Positions 12,115-25,907 of a stretch of 64,000 nucleotides of DNA are shown here, piece by piece. The notes below the pieces were generated by a model, which saw only the letters and a program-made list of their open reading frames with translations, was not told the DNA's origin and searched no databases. The number at the start of each line of letters is the position of its first letter. Positions within the stretch are counted from its first letter, which is position 1. Made by a program: the position numbers and the translations under genes. Source of the DNA: the human T2T-CHM13v2.0 reference genome, Homo sapiens; the NCBI RefSeq assembly GCF_009914755.1, contig NC_060929.1, one strand, 5' to 3'.

Positions 12115-15100
12115 CAGTGTATCTGGAAGAACTGAATCTTAGAGAATGGCTTTAATGATTGTTCTTACAAAACAATACTTATCTTTGTTCTTTTGTTCTT
12201 TTCATCTGTCCATCCACGTAGTTATCCAACGCCTACAGTGAGCCCAGCACTTTACAAAATGATTCTCAGCAGGGCTCCCTTGAATAAAGGGTTTTCCTAG
12301 GGCACTTAAAATATGAGCACATTTACAAAAATTATACTCACACACCTTTTCAGAGTTATACCTACTGAGTGAAATGAGGTATATCAATGGTCTATTCTGA
12401 TCCTAGCTAGAGGTAACAGCTTAAGAGAAACAAACCTATAAACAGAACCTTAACAAGATGTCCTTTGGTAACAAAGTGAAAAGTCCTTCCCCTGGAGGCC
12501 ACGTTAAAGTGGTCTGCTGAATGAGAACCCTACTCTCATCAGCAGAGGTGGGGCCTGAGCTACTGGGGACTTCAATCGTGTCTGCCTTCACCATTCACTT
12601 AAAAGAGGGAAATTATCCAGCTAAATGCTTACTCATATGCAATATCTGCTTGTCAAAGGTAGCACAGATAATAATCCCATACTTTCCACTTTGTATGATG
12701 ATTACAACTTCCTCTCCATTCATTCTCTCAACTGACCTGGTAGCCAAATGAGCCAATCTGGATAAAGCAGAGATATAGCCAAGGTGGGCTGGCCTGTGAA
12801 CTTTCTTTTGAAAATGGGTTCTGCTACTGAAGATATGTATCTTCAATACCTAACATAGTGACATATCACAGTCACCAGATATGATACTTTGTAAGCTGGA
12901 TAATTAGTTCAAATCAATCCCTTACATGGCACACTTTGTGAGAAGGAAGTTGGAACCTATCTGTTCCCCTGATGGACAAGACTGATTCCTTTCTACAGAG
13001 TGCCTTGAACTACTGCAGAAGAAAACCACCACCCTTCAAGAGCACCCAGAAGCTGTGTGCAGCTGGACTCCTGGAAGGCTCTCCCTGCCTTGGGATGCTG
13101 CCCCGTATAAAAAAATGTAGGACCAGGTCCTCTGGGTAATGGTATTTGTGACTTTCTTTCTCAAAGAACTAGGTTCTTCGAGATGGGATTAGACTTCCAT
13201 TACTATCTGAAATGTGAGGTGAAGAAACTGAAAAAAAAGCAAGCCTTTCAATCATGAGAAAATGCAGTTGCTATGATGCCAAAATAGAACACTGTGTTTT
13301 TAAGGTTTCTAGAAACTGAGGCAAAGAGGAGTCACAGAAAATTCAGCTAGCAAGAGTATCATGAAAAAAACAAACATCTTTGTTTCTTAAATGCTTTAGA
13401 GAGACACTCTTACCTGAGGAATTACAGTTCCTCACTGTATTACTCAAAAGCAATATGTCCCCAACATCATGGCCACAAAAACATAGATGTAGATTTCTTA
13501 TGCTCTCAATATATTACAATTCGCTAGAAAATTCAGAGGCCTAACACCAAGGTCAGATCCTGAAGCCATTCTCTGAGGGGCTAAGGGTCGTGGTATATAT
13601 TGCTATCATATAGTAGTCTAATATCATCCAAGGATTGATCCTAAAACACTTCAAAAAGGAAATTGATACAGGCTATCTCTTAAATTACCTTCTATGTACA
13701 TCATCTCTCACAACCAGAGTCTTAACAGAAGCTGTATGTCCAACAGAGTGAGATTATATTCTGTTTATCAAAGGTCTGGGTTCTCCCGAGAGGCTCTTAC
13801 ATTCCAAGATTGATGCTCTAAGCAATTCATTAATTCAAGCATAAAAAACTCATCTGATTTTAGGGAACAGTTGACATGTTTACCTAAAGTTGTAAAAACC
13901 AGACTTATTAAAATGCCTCAGAAGAAGGCTTCAAAAATTATTTCCATTCTCAAAATGTTATTGCTCCCAATTGTCATATATCAATGGCTCCCCAGTCAGT
14001 CATGCTCTGCCTAAGCAACATTACAAAACATCAGACGGTGCCGATGGCAATTCCACTGGGTTCCTCCAAACCCAGCCCATAAAGCCTACAGAGGAAATAG
14101 AAAGATGACAGAATGCATACACTTTATTTTTGACCTATCCTGATTTCCGGCAGGCTTTGGATATGGGACGACTTTTATGGCTGCAATAATTTTATTGTAA
14201 AGACCCAGTATAGGAATTTCTTCTGGGAAAATATTTTATATCAAGTTGTCAAGCAAAAAGCAAGGTATGTTTGTTCTCACTCCAAGACACCACTGAACTC
14301 AGAGCAGGAACACAGCTGTTTTCAAACATTAGACTGCAGCTCCTAGTGTCAGTGGGTCAGGAGCCTTCCATGGCCATTCCTACAGGGAATCGTGTACTTC
14401 CTGGGATGTCATGTTTATGGTCGGGCTCCCATTGCATTCATCTTATTTACTCTTTAAAAAGAAAAACACCAAGTCTGACCAGAACAAACAAACAAACAAA
14501 AGCAAAACAAAAAGGGGGGAAAGAAATTACTTAAATTTATAAATGATGTGTCTAGAGTGCTATTTCATTTTTGCTTATAAAAATGGCATTCATGCTTAAA
14601 ACCGTCTATCGGAGTGATAAGATTGGTATGATATGGTCTCCACCTGACTTAAAGGACCTATGTTTGAGCGTTGTTGTTCTCTTCTCACCGCAGCCATAAT
14701 GTGATATACCCTATGACATTCATTAGGCTCTTGTAGCACACATTTGACATTAGCACAGGGATAAAGTAGGGCAGGGAGTGTGGTGACAGAGCTGTGGGTG
14801 GGAAGAGTGAAGCTTTAAACCCTCAACAGTACAACTTTTCCCCTCCCAGAGAAGTGACTAACCAGGAATTACAGGGCCTCTAAATATACCTTCCCATAAT
14901 TTGTCCATATTCTCTCTTCCTTCCCAATTCTCTCTTAAATATTTATTCTGTGTTAATACAAGTGTGGTGTTCTGCTGAACTGGGTGGTGGTTTAGAAAAT
15001 GCATATGAAGCCCATATCTTAAACCTTCTGTTTTAGTCTGGAATATAAGGAATATAAGCTTAACAACATCTTCCCCCAACACATACATAAAACCATAATC

Positions 15101-15687
15101 AATATGGGACAGCTAGTGTATTAGATAAATGTGTATCCCCAGACTCAGTGCAATTGGGATTGAGAAAGGGACTGAGAATGGTCAAGTACAGGTGTGATGA
15201 GAAATCTAGGTCGCATTTGCAGAGGTGGAAGGAAAGAGGATGTTTGGGGGAAACATGAACCCAGGTACTCAGGCAAACATGACACGAATGAATATAGGAA
15301 GAAGGAGAATCCAAGGTTCATGATACCAGGGAAGCTCCCTAAAGTTAGAAAGTTAATATCTAGTAAAGATAGAATTACATGAACAATAATTTACTTTGAA
15401 AGAGTGTTGCATAGGCAACAGTATATGGCTGTCAGTTTTAACCTATTTTCCAGGAGCTAAGATCGACCCTAACCCTACCTTACCCTACTTACGTACTCCA
15501 AAGATGTTCTGCTGTCACTTGAAAGATGCTTATCAGAAGGCATCATCATTCTAGAAACAGCCACTTCAAGCTCTTGACCTTCCCTCAACTCTAAAGGCTT
15601 TGTAAATTAGCTCAATGGAGGTTAGAAAAGACTTCTCACTGGTGTAATTAGTGGTGTTAGAGATATGTGGATTGCCTATTAACATGA

Positions 15688-16043
15688 TGCTATCAATTGA
15701 CTGAGTCTCTTCCAAATTCATGTTAAAATCCTCATCCCCAATGTGATGGTTTCAAAAGGTGGGCCTTAGGAAGGTGCTTAGGTCATGATGGTAGAACCCT
15801 CACGAATGGGATTAGTGCCCTTACAAAAGAGACCCCAGAGAGCTCGCTTGTCCCTTCTACTATGTGAGGACACAGTGAGAAGGTGGCTGTCTATAAACCA
15901 GGAAGCAGGGCCCTACCAGATGCTGAATTTGCTCTCGCCTTGATCTTGGACTTCCCAGACTTCAGAACTGTGAGAAATGTCTATTGTTTATAAGCCACCC
16001 AGCTTATGGCATGTTGTTATAGTAGACCAAACAGACTAAGACA
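15688..16043 (+). mobile_element. MLT1A-type MaLR solo LTR
   Basis: tgctat...cccaatgtgatgg...aatgggattagtgccctta...atgtgaggacacagtgagaagg...gatcttggacttcccag...gactaagaca; TG...CA ends. Confidence 0.9.
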
Positions 16044-19000
16044 TGTAGCATTGGACACTTCATCTGTTGATGACAGAGATATGAAAGAACCTGAAAGACC
16101 CAGCCTTACTCTGTGTAATGGTGCCCACAGCTTGATTCTAAAACAATCTTCTACATAGCCACTGGCTTGGGGGGTTCTTGTTGCCTAATGCTGACAAAGG
16201 AATCCTGCTCCATGTTAACTTTTCATGTAAGGTACTGTCAGCATATCTAAAGATCAGAAAACAGGCTCAGTGACTGCTTTTTATGTAGCTGATGTTTATA
16301 TAAATAGCAGAATTTGGTAAATGTGTACTTTTGTATGTGGGAACACAATTGAAGGAGACCTTTAACTCATTATCTCAACTACTGGAGGTTATCCTAAAAC
16401 TCCCCTTAATTAAAAATAAACAAATTGGCTTAGAGGTTAGTTTTTAGCACACTTGAATGAAGACATTTATTAGAAACAAACATGAAAACTCTAACATTTT
16501 TAGAAGCATGAAAAATTGGAGTAGTTATGTGTGACACATGCCTAATAGCAAACTTTTAAAACAATGCATTTTTATTAAATCAGAACCTAAATACACACAC
16601 AGTAAAGTACCTCTAATTTTCAAACACATGGAATACATGGCTTCCCTGAGAGAATATCTCTAAGATGCAGTAAGATCCCAGACAATTATAGAAAGATTAT
16701 GTATTTGCAGCTTAGTCAAGGGCATTTTACTAAGGTCTGGCATTTAAAAACTAATGGCTGTTTGATAACTAACATTCCACTAGTTCTCTCAATAATAACA
16801 AATTAGTAAATAAAATTATGTTGGTACATACATATATAACCAATCTTTATCAATTCATATATAGACAATACACACCTATCTAATACTCAAAGGCAAGAAA
16901 AAGCCATTCCCCTTTCTCTACACCAAGCAGTATGATACACATTTCTTGCTCACTAATCTTGAATCCCTAGATATTTGAACATGGGCATTTGTTGCTGACA
17001 GCCACCGCCAGACAAAGCTCCATGACCTGGCTCCACTCCAGGAGAGGCCACAGAGAGGGCTTCATACCATTCTTGGAAAGCATTCAACTACCACATGCAG
17101 CCTCATCTCACACCGAAAAAAAAAGATCTCACGTTGCAGACAGCTTCACTATAATGTTAACATTCTTGGTTGTTACACACACATTTGACAAAAAATGCAA
17201 GCCTCTAGATATAGCCACGTTTATTGTACAATGCCAATATTGTGTTCAAACACAAAATTCTCTATCATTTTAGGCAACACCACCTGCAGTTTTATTCTCT
17301 CACTTCCCAACCTCTTAAGCCAAAGAAATGAGAAGGTGCTCTTCCTTCTATTCACTCCCCAACACCTAAATACAACACTGGGTAAGACTCAGTTCCTGCC
17401 CACAGGGAGCTCAGAGGGAGGCATTCCTGTACTTTCTAAATTGCACAAGATGTCACTCCCCCTCTAACTATGGCTAAAAGGACGAAAAACAGACAAAAAC
17501 AAAATCCACCTTGCTCCAGCTCTTTAAGCTGCCCTCCTGCCTACTAATACCTTTCATTCTCATCCAGTTCTGATGTTTCTTTACCTGTCATTTACTTTAA
17601 TTACTTCAAACACATGTTCTTTCTGGTTCCAGCGTTCCTTCTTTCCCAAGTGTACTTGTTTTTTTTGTGTGCGTTTTAAAATTCTATTCTGCAAAGCTTG
17701 CTTTCCCATGAAACCCAGACTGTTTTCTACAGGATTTTGATAAGCCAAAGTGTTGCTGTCACACGCAATGCCATTGCTGCTCCTATTTGCCTCTTTCCTA
17801 GGGTCTCTGCAACTTTCTGCGAACCCTCTACACACCTCTCTAACTTTCCGCTGAAAAAGTATGCTCATAGAACTAGGAATAAACATTAAAGCAATCAGAG
17901 GCCTCGAGGAACTAAGTTTAGCAGGCTAATAAGAAATACCACAAGGGGTTAAAATATTAAGCAGAATGTGAACACTGCCCTAAGAGTTACAAGTGCCATG
18001 CAGGCTTGGAAGGGGGAGATAAAGAAATCTGTTTTTTAGATGCCATGTGAAATGCAAGGCATGGTGGTCTCACAGTGTTCATGGCTTTCAGTAAAGGCTC
18101 ATAACCACCATGACCCTTCAGGCAGTTCACAGCAAGCAGTGTCCTAATAAAAATATTTAGTCATAAAAGAGAACAACGACATAACCTGAAGACTGCTTGG
18201 ACCCTTAATGATGAAAGGCTGACTGGCTACACTGACAAGCGGCTTTGACAACCTCACGTCAAAGCACGCGGGTAAGAGAGAAAAGGCAAGCTCAGGGCTC
18301 TTTTCAGTACTGAGAGTGGTGGGCACAGTAGCTCTACTTCCCTGTTTCTGAAGCTGCCTGCCTAAAAAGTAAGGTTGGTTTCTAATTCCTGACACGTGTT
18401 CTCTTTCATACCCACTCACAGTGAATGACAACTTCCCTTTGTTGCCTCTGTCACTCAGAATTCTGTAATTCACTTACCCAAAGCTACTTTGTCCGAAAGA
18501 GGACAGACAAATCAGCTAATCCTTAAGTCCTTTTCAGCACTAAAGAATTTCCCTGCAGGGTGCATCATTTATTTTTTTTCTCCACTTCCTAAGTCCTCCT
18601 CATTCCTAATGCAAAGAACACAACATGAGGGACCCAATCAGCCAAGTCCAGAATTTGTAGGACTGATGTTTTTTGCAACAGTATTATTGTCTCTCTCATT
18701 TCCCTCCTCCCACCCCTGTCCCCATATTCCGGACTTAAAATACAAGGTCACGCACAATGGTGTGAATTAACAAAAATCCAAGGCCACACACTGAGCAGCT
18801 CCAACTTCAGCCATGAAAAGCATCCTGGGCTACGGCCAATGCCCTCCTCTCATTCCCCTGGTGCTGCTTTCAAAGCCACAAAGAACGACGGAGCTGAGAA
18901 ACAGCCCCACTCAACCACCAGGCCACATCCCAGTGGGGAGACACTACCACATGCTCAGTCCTCTGCCCAGAGATCCTTTCTCCACCACATTCACAAACTC

Positions 19001-19199
19001 TGTTTAATCAAACTCCATGAACTGAGTTGCCTTGCGTGTTCATTCGCTGCGCTCCTATACTGGGTGCCATGGAACAATGGTAGATCCTTGAGTAGCTTAT
19101 AGGCAAACTTGAGAATCTAAGAGATAAATACTTAAAATGTAAAGTGATGTGTACTAGATCATAGGAGGGCATGAGATCCTATAGCAGGCTGGGTTTGTT

Positions 19200-20040
19200 T
19201 CTTGACTCCTTCTGCTTCTTCATCCAAGCCCCAGCCTTATCAGTATCAGTGCCTAAAGGCTTCTGCAGCTCTACACCACTCCAACTTTACTCACTCAGTT
19301 CAAGTCATCAGCATCCTCCTCCCAGATCACTTGGGTCTGCTAATTGTTCTTACCACTTCTAATCTCAACACCCTCCAAGCCATTTTCCACACTGTAGCCA
19401 AGCGCACCTTCTAAAGCTCAAGTTTCATGTGGTGGCCTGCCCATTCTCCATGTAAAAAATATCAGACAATGGCTCCTCATTGCCATCAGGATAAAGCCCA
19501 CATTGCAATGCCATTTGTAACCCCTTCTACCTTCCCCATGCTCTACTGGCACCTGGTTCAGCCTTACTGGAAAACCTGCAGTGAGGCTGAACCTCCAAAT
19601 CCCCATGCTCAACCCTGCCCTTGGGGCTTTGCACACAAACCATTTCCCTTACTTGGAACACAATCCCCATTTCCCTTACCTGGAACACAATCCCCATCTC
19701 TCCCACCACCCCCTTTACCCTTTACTTGGCTGGCTACTGCCAGCCCTTTAAGTTTGGGCTCAGCTATCACTTCCTCCAGAAGCCTTTGCTGACAACCCTA
19801 GGCAGAGGTGAATGCATCCTCTTTAGGTCTCTGCTGTCAGACTTCCATGTTCAACTACACTGTATTTTAGTTGCTTGGTATAATAGCTTGTCTATTTCCT
19901 CTACTAGACTTCAGACAACTTGGTGGGGGGAGGAAAGGGAGATTAGAATGGAACCTTAAGAGATGTTTCTTAATATCTGTTGAAAAAAGGATCTCAAGTA
20001 TGACTTGTTTACCTGTGTATCTTTGTCCTTAGCATAGTGC
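19200..20040 (+). mobile_element. L2 LINE 3' region (fragmented)
   Basis: CT-rich L2 signatures: ccattttccacactgtagcc, atggctcctcattgccatcaggataaagccca, atcacttcctccagaagccttt, ttagcatagtgc. Confidence 0.7.
19640..19697. repeat. 27-bp tandem duplication (2.1 copies)
   Basis: ccatttcccttacttggaacacaatcc / ccatttcccttacctggaacacaatcc / ccat; one mismatch. Confidence 0.95.
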
Positions 20041-20042
20041 TG

Positions 20043-20436
20043 GCTATGGTTTGAATACTGCACCCTTCAAAATTGAGGTATTGAAACTCAGTGGCCAATG
20101 TGATAGTGGTTAAGGGTGGGGGTTGGTCTTTGGGAAGTGATTAGGTTATGAGGGCTTTTGCCCTCATGAATGGGATTAAGGCTCTTATAAAAGACGGTTC
20201 ATGGGCTGGCGGGGGAGGGCGGTTCGGCTGACTTGCCCTTCTGCCTGCCATCAAGTGAGGACACAGTGTTCTTCCCCTCCAATGGATGCAGCATCCAAGC
20301 CCTCTTAGAAGCAGAGATCAGAACCTCAGCAGACAATAAGCCTGCCGGCGCAATGATCTTGGACGTTCCCAGCTTCCAGAAATAATAAATAACTTTCTGT
20401 TCTTTATTAGTTGACTAGTTTCTGGTATCCCATTAC
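20043..20436 (+). mobile_element. MST-family (MSTD/MSTC-like) MaLR solo LTR
   Basis: gctatggtttgaat...ccaatgtgatagt...ccctcatgaatgggattaa...gtgaggacacagtgttcttcccctcc...ggatgcagca...gatcttggac. Confidence 0.85.
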
Positions 20437-20660
20437 CTCTCCCTTCACTACGAGAGAGCCTCAGTTACTATCTCCAGGCCAAGTTGAAGCCATTAGTTAG
20501 TCATTCTACAAATATTTAGTAAATGCCTACACTCAGTAGGGGCTGGAATGACCACACTCTGATCTCTCAAAGAAACCACCAATCGCTTTGTTGTTCAATC
20601 AAAACTGTTGTTTCTCAGTTATATCTTGTTTGATGGCAAGCCCTTCTCCTTTCCCTGTTC

Positions 20661-20886
20661 CAGAGGTCAGGAAACTATGGCCCATGAGCAAAATCTGACC
20701 TTCTACCTGTTTTTGTGAATAAAGTTTTATTGGAACATAGGTATGCCCCCTTTATTTACATAGTGCCTATGGTTGCTTTTGCTGCAAAAATGGCAGAATT
20801 AAGAAATTGCACCAGAGACCATATACCCTGCAAAAACTGTAATATTTTCTGCCTGGTCCATTACAGAAAATGTCTGCCAACCCTTG
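20661..20886 (+). mobile_element. MER58A hAT-Charlie MITE
   Basis: cagaggtcaggaaactatggccc...aataaagttttattggaaca...tacagaaaatgtctgccaacccttg; about 225 bp with imperfect TIRs. Confidence 0.9.
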
Positions 20887-21253
20887 CCCTACCTATTATA
20901 ACTTATGGGTTTCCTTCCTACCTTTGTGACTGTGACTGGACAGGCTCTTGTTATTCTGCTGCCCAATGAAGGTATAAGAAGTCCTAGGAACACTAGCTCC
21001 CCAGGATTCTGTCAGTCTGCTTTTTAACCTGACACGTTCTTTGTCTTTCTAAGATGGTTCCCATGGCCCCTGAACATCCCTCCATCAGTGACCTATAGTA
21101 TAAATAATCTGTAAGCATTTTTGTCTTCCCCAACAGACGTGGCTCCTTGAGGACAAGGCCCATGTCTTACAGACATAATTCAGCACAGTGACAGGCACAC
21201 AGTAGCCATCAAAAAATGTTAACTAGGTAGATGAGTGTTTACAAGGTATTTTT

Positions 21254-21304
21254 AAAATAACTATATTTAAAGGCTCCTGACAAAATGACTATATTTAAAG
21301 GCTC
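21254..21304. repeat. 28-bp-period tandem duplication
   Basis: aaaataactatatttaaaggctc-ctgac-aaaatgactatatttaaaggctc. Confidence 0.9.
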
Positions 21305-21429
21305 AGCCATAGTCCCTTGGTGAGAACACAGTCATTCAACTGATGAAATTTCTATTCTTTTGTATCAGTTTTGACTTGCCTATAGATGGGTGACAAAGTA
21401 GAAACCCCGAATAGGGGATTTCCCACTAG

Positions 21430-21632
21430 GATAAGGGTTGAAAGTCTGACTCCCGTTCACTAGCTGTAGGATCTTAGTTAAGGTGCTCACTCTCAGTTGC
21501 CTCCTCTGCAAAACGAAGACAATGAAATAATTCCTCTATCTCACAGGGTGGCTATGAAACCAATAATATGTGTAAAATGCCCACTACCTTTGTCAAGCAA
21601 TTTTGGTGCTCAATAAGTAGAAACAATTATTA
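21430..21632 (+). mobile_element. MIR SINE
   Basis: cactagctgtaggatctt...ctcagttgcctcctctgcaaaac...tctcacagggtggctatga...gtgctcaataa. Confidence 0.65.
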
Positions 21633-22734
21633 CTATGGACAAAGTCTTCTGCCTTAAGGCTCCAAGTACACTGACAATGAACATGGCTAGGGTCGTCTCA
21701 GCTATGTTATAGCATCACACTTGATCTTTTCATAGCAGGAGCCCTGATTCAGGTGGTAGTTTCATATTTTAAATTATGAAAACAAGCAGCTAGGTCTTAT
21801 ATTAATACTAATCCTTCAAGATAAAAGACCAAACTCCAAAGGAGGAGCTTCTCTCTCTCTCTCCCATAAAGATTCATTGGTTAAAAAGCACTAGTGGTGA
21901 TACTAAATTGAAGCATCAACAAACTGTTCTGTAAATTGTCTTTTCCTGATAGAATTTACCATAATTTGTTTTTTCAGCTATAGCACATAGCTTGGAATGT
22001 AATGCACACATTTTGAAGAGTAGACATTTTGATAATCAAAAGGACAATATTAAGTTGATTTTTTATAGCCTTATTACTGCAAAGATATTATTTTCTAAGC
22101 TAATGTACATACAAAACTTCATCTTTCTTTAAAGGTAAGTACATGGGGGCTAGAACAGAGATACTTGAGTTTTGTATGCATCAAAACAAAAACAGGGAGT
22201 AATACCAACACATTTAGCAAAAAGTAAAAAACAGATCCCACTCGTGTATGAAAATTTTTGGAGGAGCTGGGAATCAAGGAGGAAAGTGGGGCTCCAAGCT
22301 AATCAGGGCAAACTCTGCCTTCCACCTGTGCCCCTAATCTGATGCTCCGGTTGCATGACATGACTATGACGGATGGCCAGGGTGCTGTCGTTTATCTTTT
22401 GGAGTGAAACCGGAGAACTCAGGCAGAGCCCAGTGAGCACTTCTCATGAAAATGCTGTCCTATCTAATCCCAGGAGACAAGAGAAACACTGAGAGGTCAG
22501 AAAGGACATGAGCACATGAGTGTGCACACCACGCCTGTATGTTCCTTTCCTCTTCCAACACATTTTCGGGGACTGAGGAAGTGTGCCGCACATATCCCAA
22601 ACAGAATTTCTCAGTATTTTCTGCAGTTTGATCTGTCCCATGCTGACCAGACACTGTAAATAGTTTAGTTTAGAAAGAAGCCAGAAATCCTAAGTGAGCA
22701 TCTGGCTCTTAAGAAGCCAGAAGGATGGTTGCAC

Positions 22735-22790
22735 GGGGGTGGGGGTGAGGTGGGAAACTGGGGGGAGTATGGAGAGTGGGGGGGTGGGGG
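22735..22790 (+). other. Potential G-quadruplex at the edge of a unique CpG-retaining block
   Basis: Six G-runs of 3-7 nt within 56 bp. Confidence 0.5.
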
Positions 22791-24598
22791 AGCCCTTTAC
22801 CCAGCTTCTCTTACTCACGAGCACTGGCGACAAGCGACATTGGCTTATCGCCTCAGCTAGGATAAATAACTCTAAATGTGTGCTGGGTAGGAGCTTTCAT
22901 GCCCTGGCCTTCAATAGTTTTATTCTTTCACGTCTCTAACGTCTGCAGCTTCCTGAGATTGGCTGGTATTTTTGTCACTGGGCTTTCGGGCTGGGGGCTG
23001 GGCAGAGCTGAATGTCAGGCAAGGGTAAAGGGCACCTGTGATCTGCTGAGTGCCTCCGCTTTCTCCTCCTTGTTCCTGACATTACCGCCCGCTCAACCAG
23101 GAGGGCAGAAGGTGGGTCAGAATAATCAGTTAAGTGTATTAGGGTTTTCTCCTCCTTCACTACAAATCCCACAAGTGCAACTAATGAGACAATGCCCAGA
23201 GGTAGAAATGAACTTCATAACACCAAAGTACGGGTGTATTTCAATTTATGCGAGTTAAAAAATGTTAAACAAGAAAAGCAAATAAGTCTCAGAGCTGTTT
23301 TTTCACATTACAAATGGAACTCAATACAGATTTTAGAATATAAATATCCTCTCAGGCATTTAAAATAATGTGTTCACAAGGCTTTGATTTGCACATGATG
23401 TTGGCAATATCTTTTGTGCAAGATAGACTTGGGGAAAAAAATCCTCAGTTTTAAATTTTTAGTTACTTTCAAAATAAAAGATGTAAATTAATAACTATTC
23501 TTCCGAATAGAAGGGGACGCATTATAAGAATAGCTTTTGAAATAATGTAGAAGAATATCCACAGAAATTCTCAACATCGTATGGATAATATGAAATCCGT
23601 GTTTTGTTTTGGTTTTGAATGGGAGTAAAGGTGAAGAGTCTAAAAAAAGAAATTTTTTAAATTCCTGATATAACAGAGAAATGCAGTAAAACAGCAGGTT
23701 TCAAACTGTCCTCTGGCTCTCGAGAGTGTTTCCAGGTTTCTACAAACAATAAAATATTGGCTGTTAAACCCAGAATAAAACACCCGAGAAGATAATAACA
23801 AGTTCGCTGCTTTTCCTTTTGGGTTGTTTTAAATGTTGGGGTGCTGAAGATTTCATTTGAACAAAGAGTTCTGTTACCAAATAAGTTTGGAAGCTATTGT
23901 TTGGGAGGTGCCGTGCAGTCTCTGTACACAGGAAGGTTAAAGGAAACGGCCCTTGGCAATGAATTCTGGAGGCCCTTCCTGGGGGGCCCTGAACTCCTGT
24001 GAGGACTTCCAATAAAAAGTCAGTAGCATTAAGAATCAGCAATTAAAATTCAATGATCAGCTGCTATGTTTAACCACAAATGTATCTAAAAAGCTGGTGT
24101 TAACATGTTTTTATTTTCCTAATAGCTTATTTGAAAAAAGGTGATGTTAAAACAGGATCTCAAAAATAGATGATTTTGTATTACGTTAGTAATAGTATAT
24201 TATTGATAGTCTATAATCATTGCTTTAAAATTTCAATAATAGGTCCCAGTTGGAGGACCGTATAATGAATTCCCTTATACCGATTTTCTCTACTTTTGTA
24301 TATGGCTGAAACTTTCCATAATAAAGTGAGGTTTGTTTTCTTAAAGTCCCAGCAGGCCAGAAACTATGTTAAAGGCTAAATTTCATGTCCCTCAACCACA
24401 GTGGACAAGGTTTAGAGGAGTGCTATAAAGAGAATATTGATTCCTCTTCATCCAGTCCAACCTGGCCTTCAGAATGACTCCCACTAATGTTTTTCCTATG
24501 CCATTTTCTACTGTATACCACACACCCAACCAACTTGGTACAAATAAATGTGACTCACAACATCCTCCCGGTCAGTGCCAACCCCTTATTGAAATTAG

Positions 24599-25000
<402 letters not shown>

Positions 25001-25423
25001 AGCATGTCAATTTCTACTGAAATGTCTGCTGAGATTTTAATTGAGATCTATAGATCAATTGAGAGAATTTATATCATAGCAACATTGAGTTTTCTGATCT
25101 ATGAATACAGCAGCTTGCTCCATTTATTTAGATCATTTCTTTTATTAATGTTTGTATTTTTTAGTGCACGATCTTGCACATCTGTTGTCAAATTTATCTC
25201 TAAGTATTTCATATTTTTGACAGATTATGATACTGTTTTAGAATTTCAATTTCTGATTGTTCATTACTAGAATACAGAAATATAATGGATTTTTCTGTAT
25301 TTCCTTGGTATCTTGTAACCATGTAAAATTCACTTATTAGTCCTAACAAAACAGTTTTCTTTGTAGATACCGTAGGATTTTCTACACAGACAGTTATGTT
25401 ATCTTTGAATAAAGAAATTTTTA

Positions 25424-25860
<437 letters not shown>

Positions 25861-25907
25861 AAAAGAAGTGGTGAACACAGATGTGCTTGCATTTATCCCA
25901 GTCTGGG

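Noticed and set aside
23090-23112. CTCF-like motif caaccaggagggcag (weaker candidates also near 38311 and 40232)
   Set aside because: Two or more mismatches in the core; not supportable without ChIP data.
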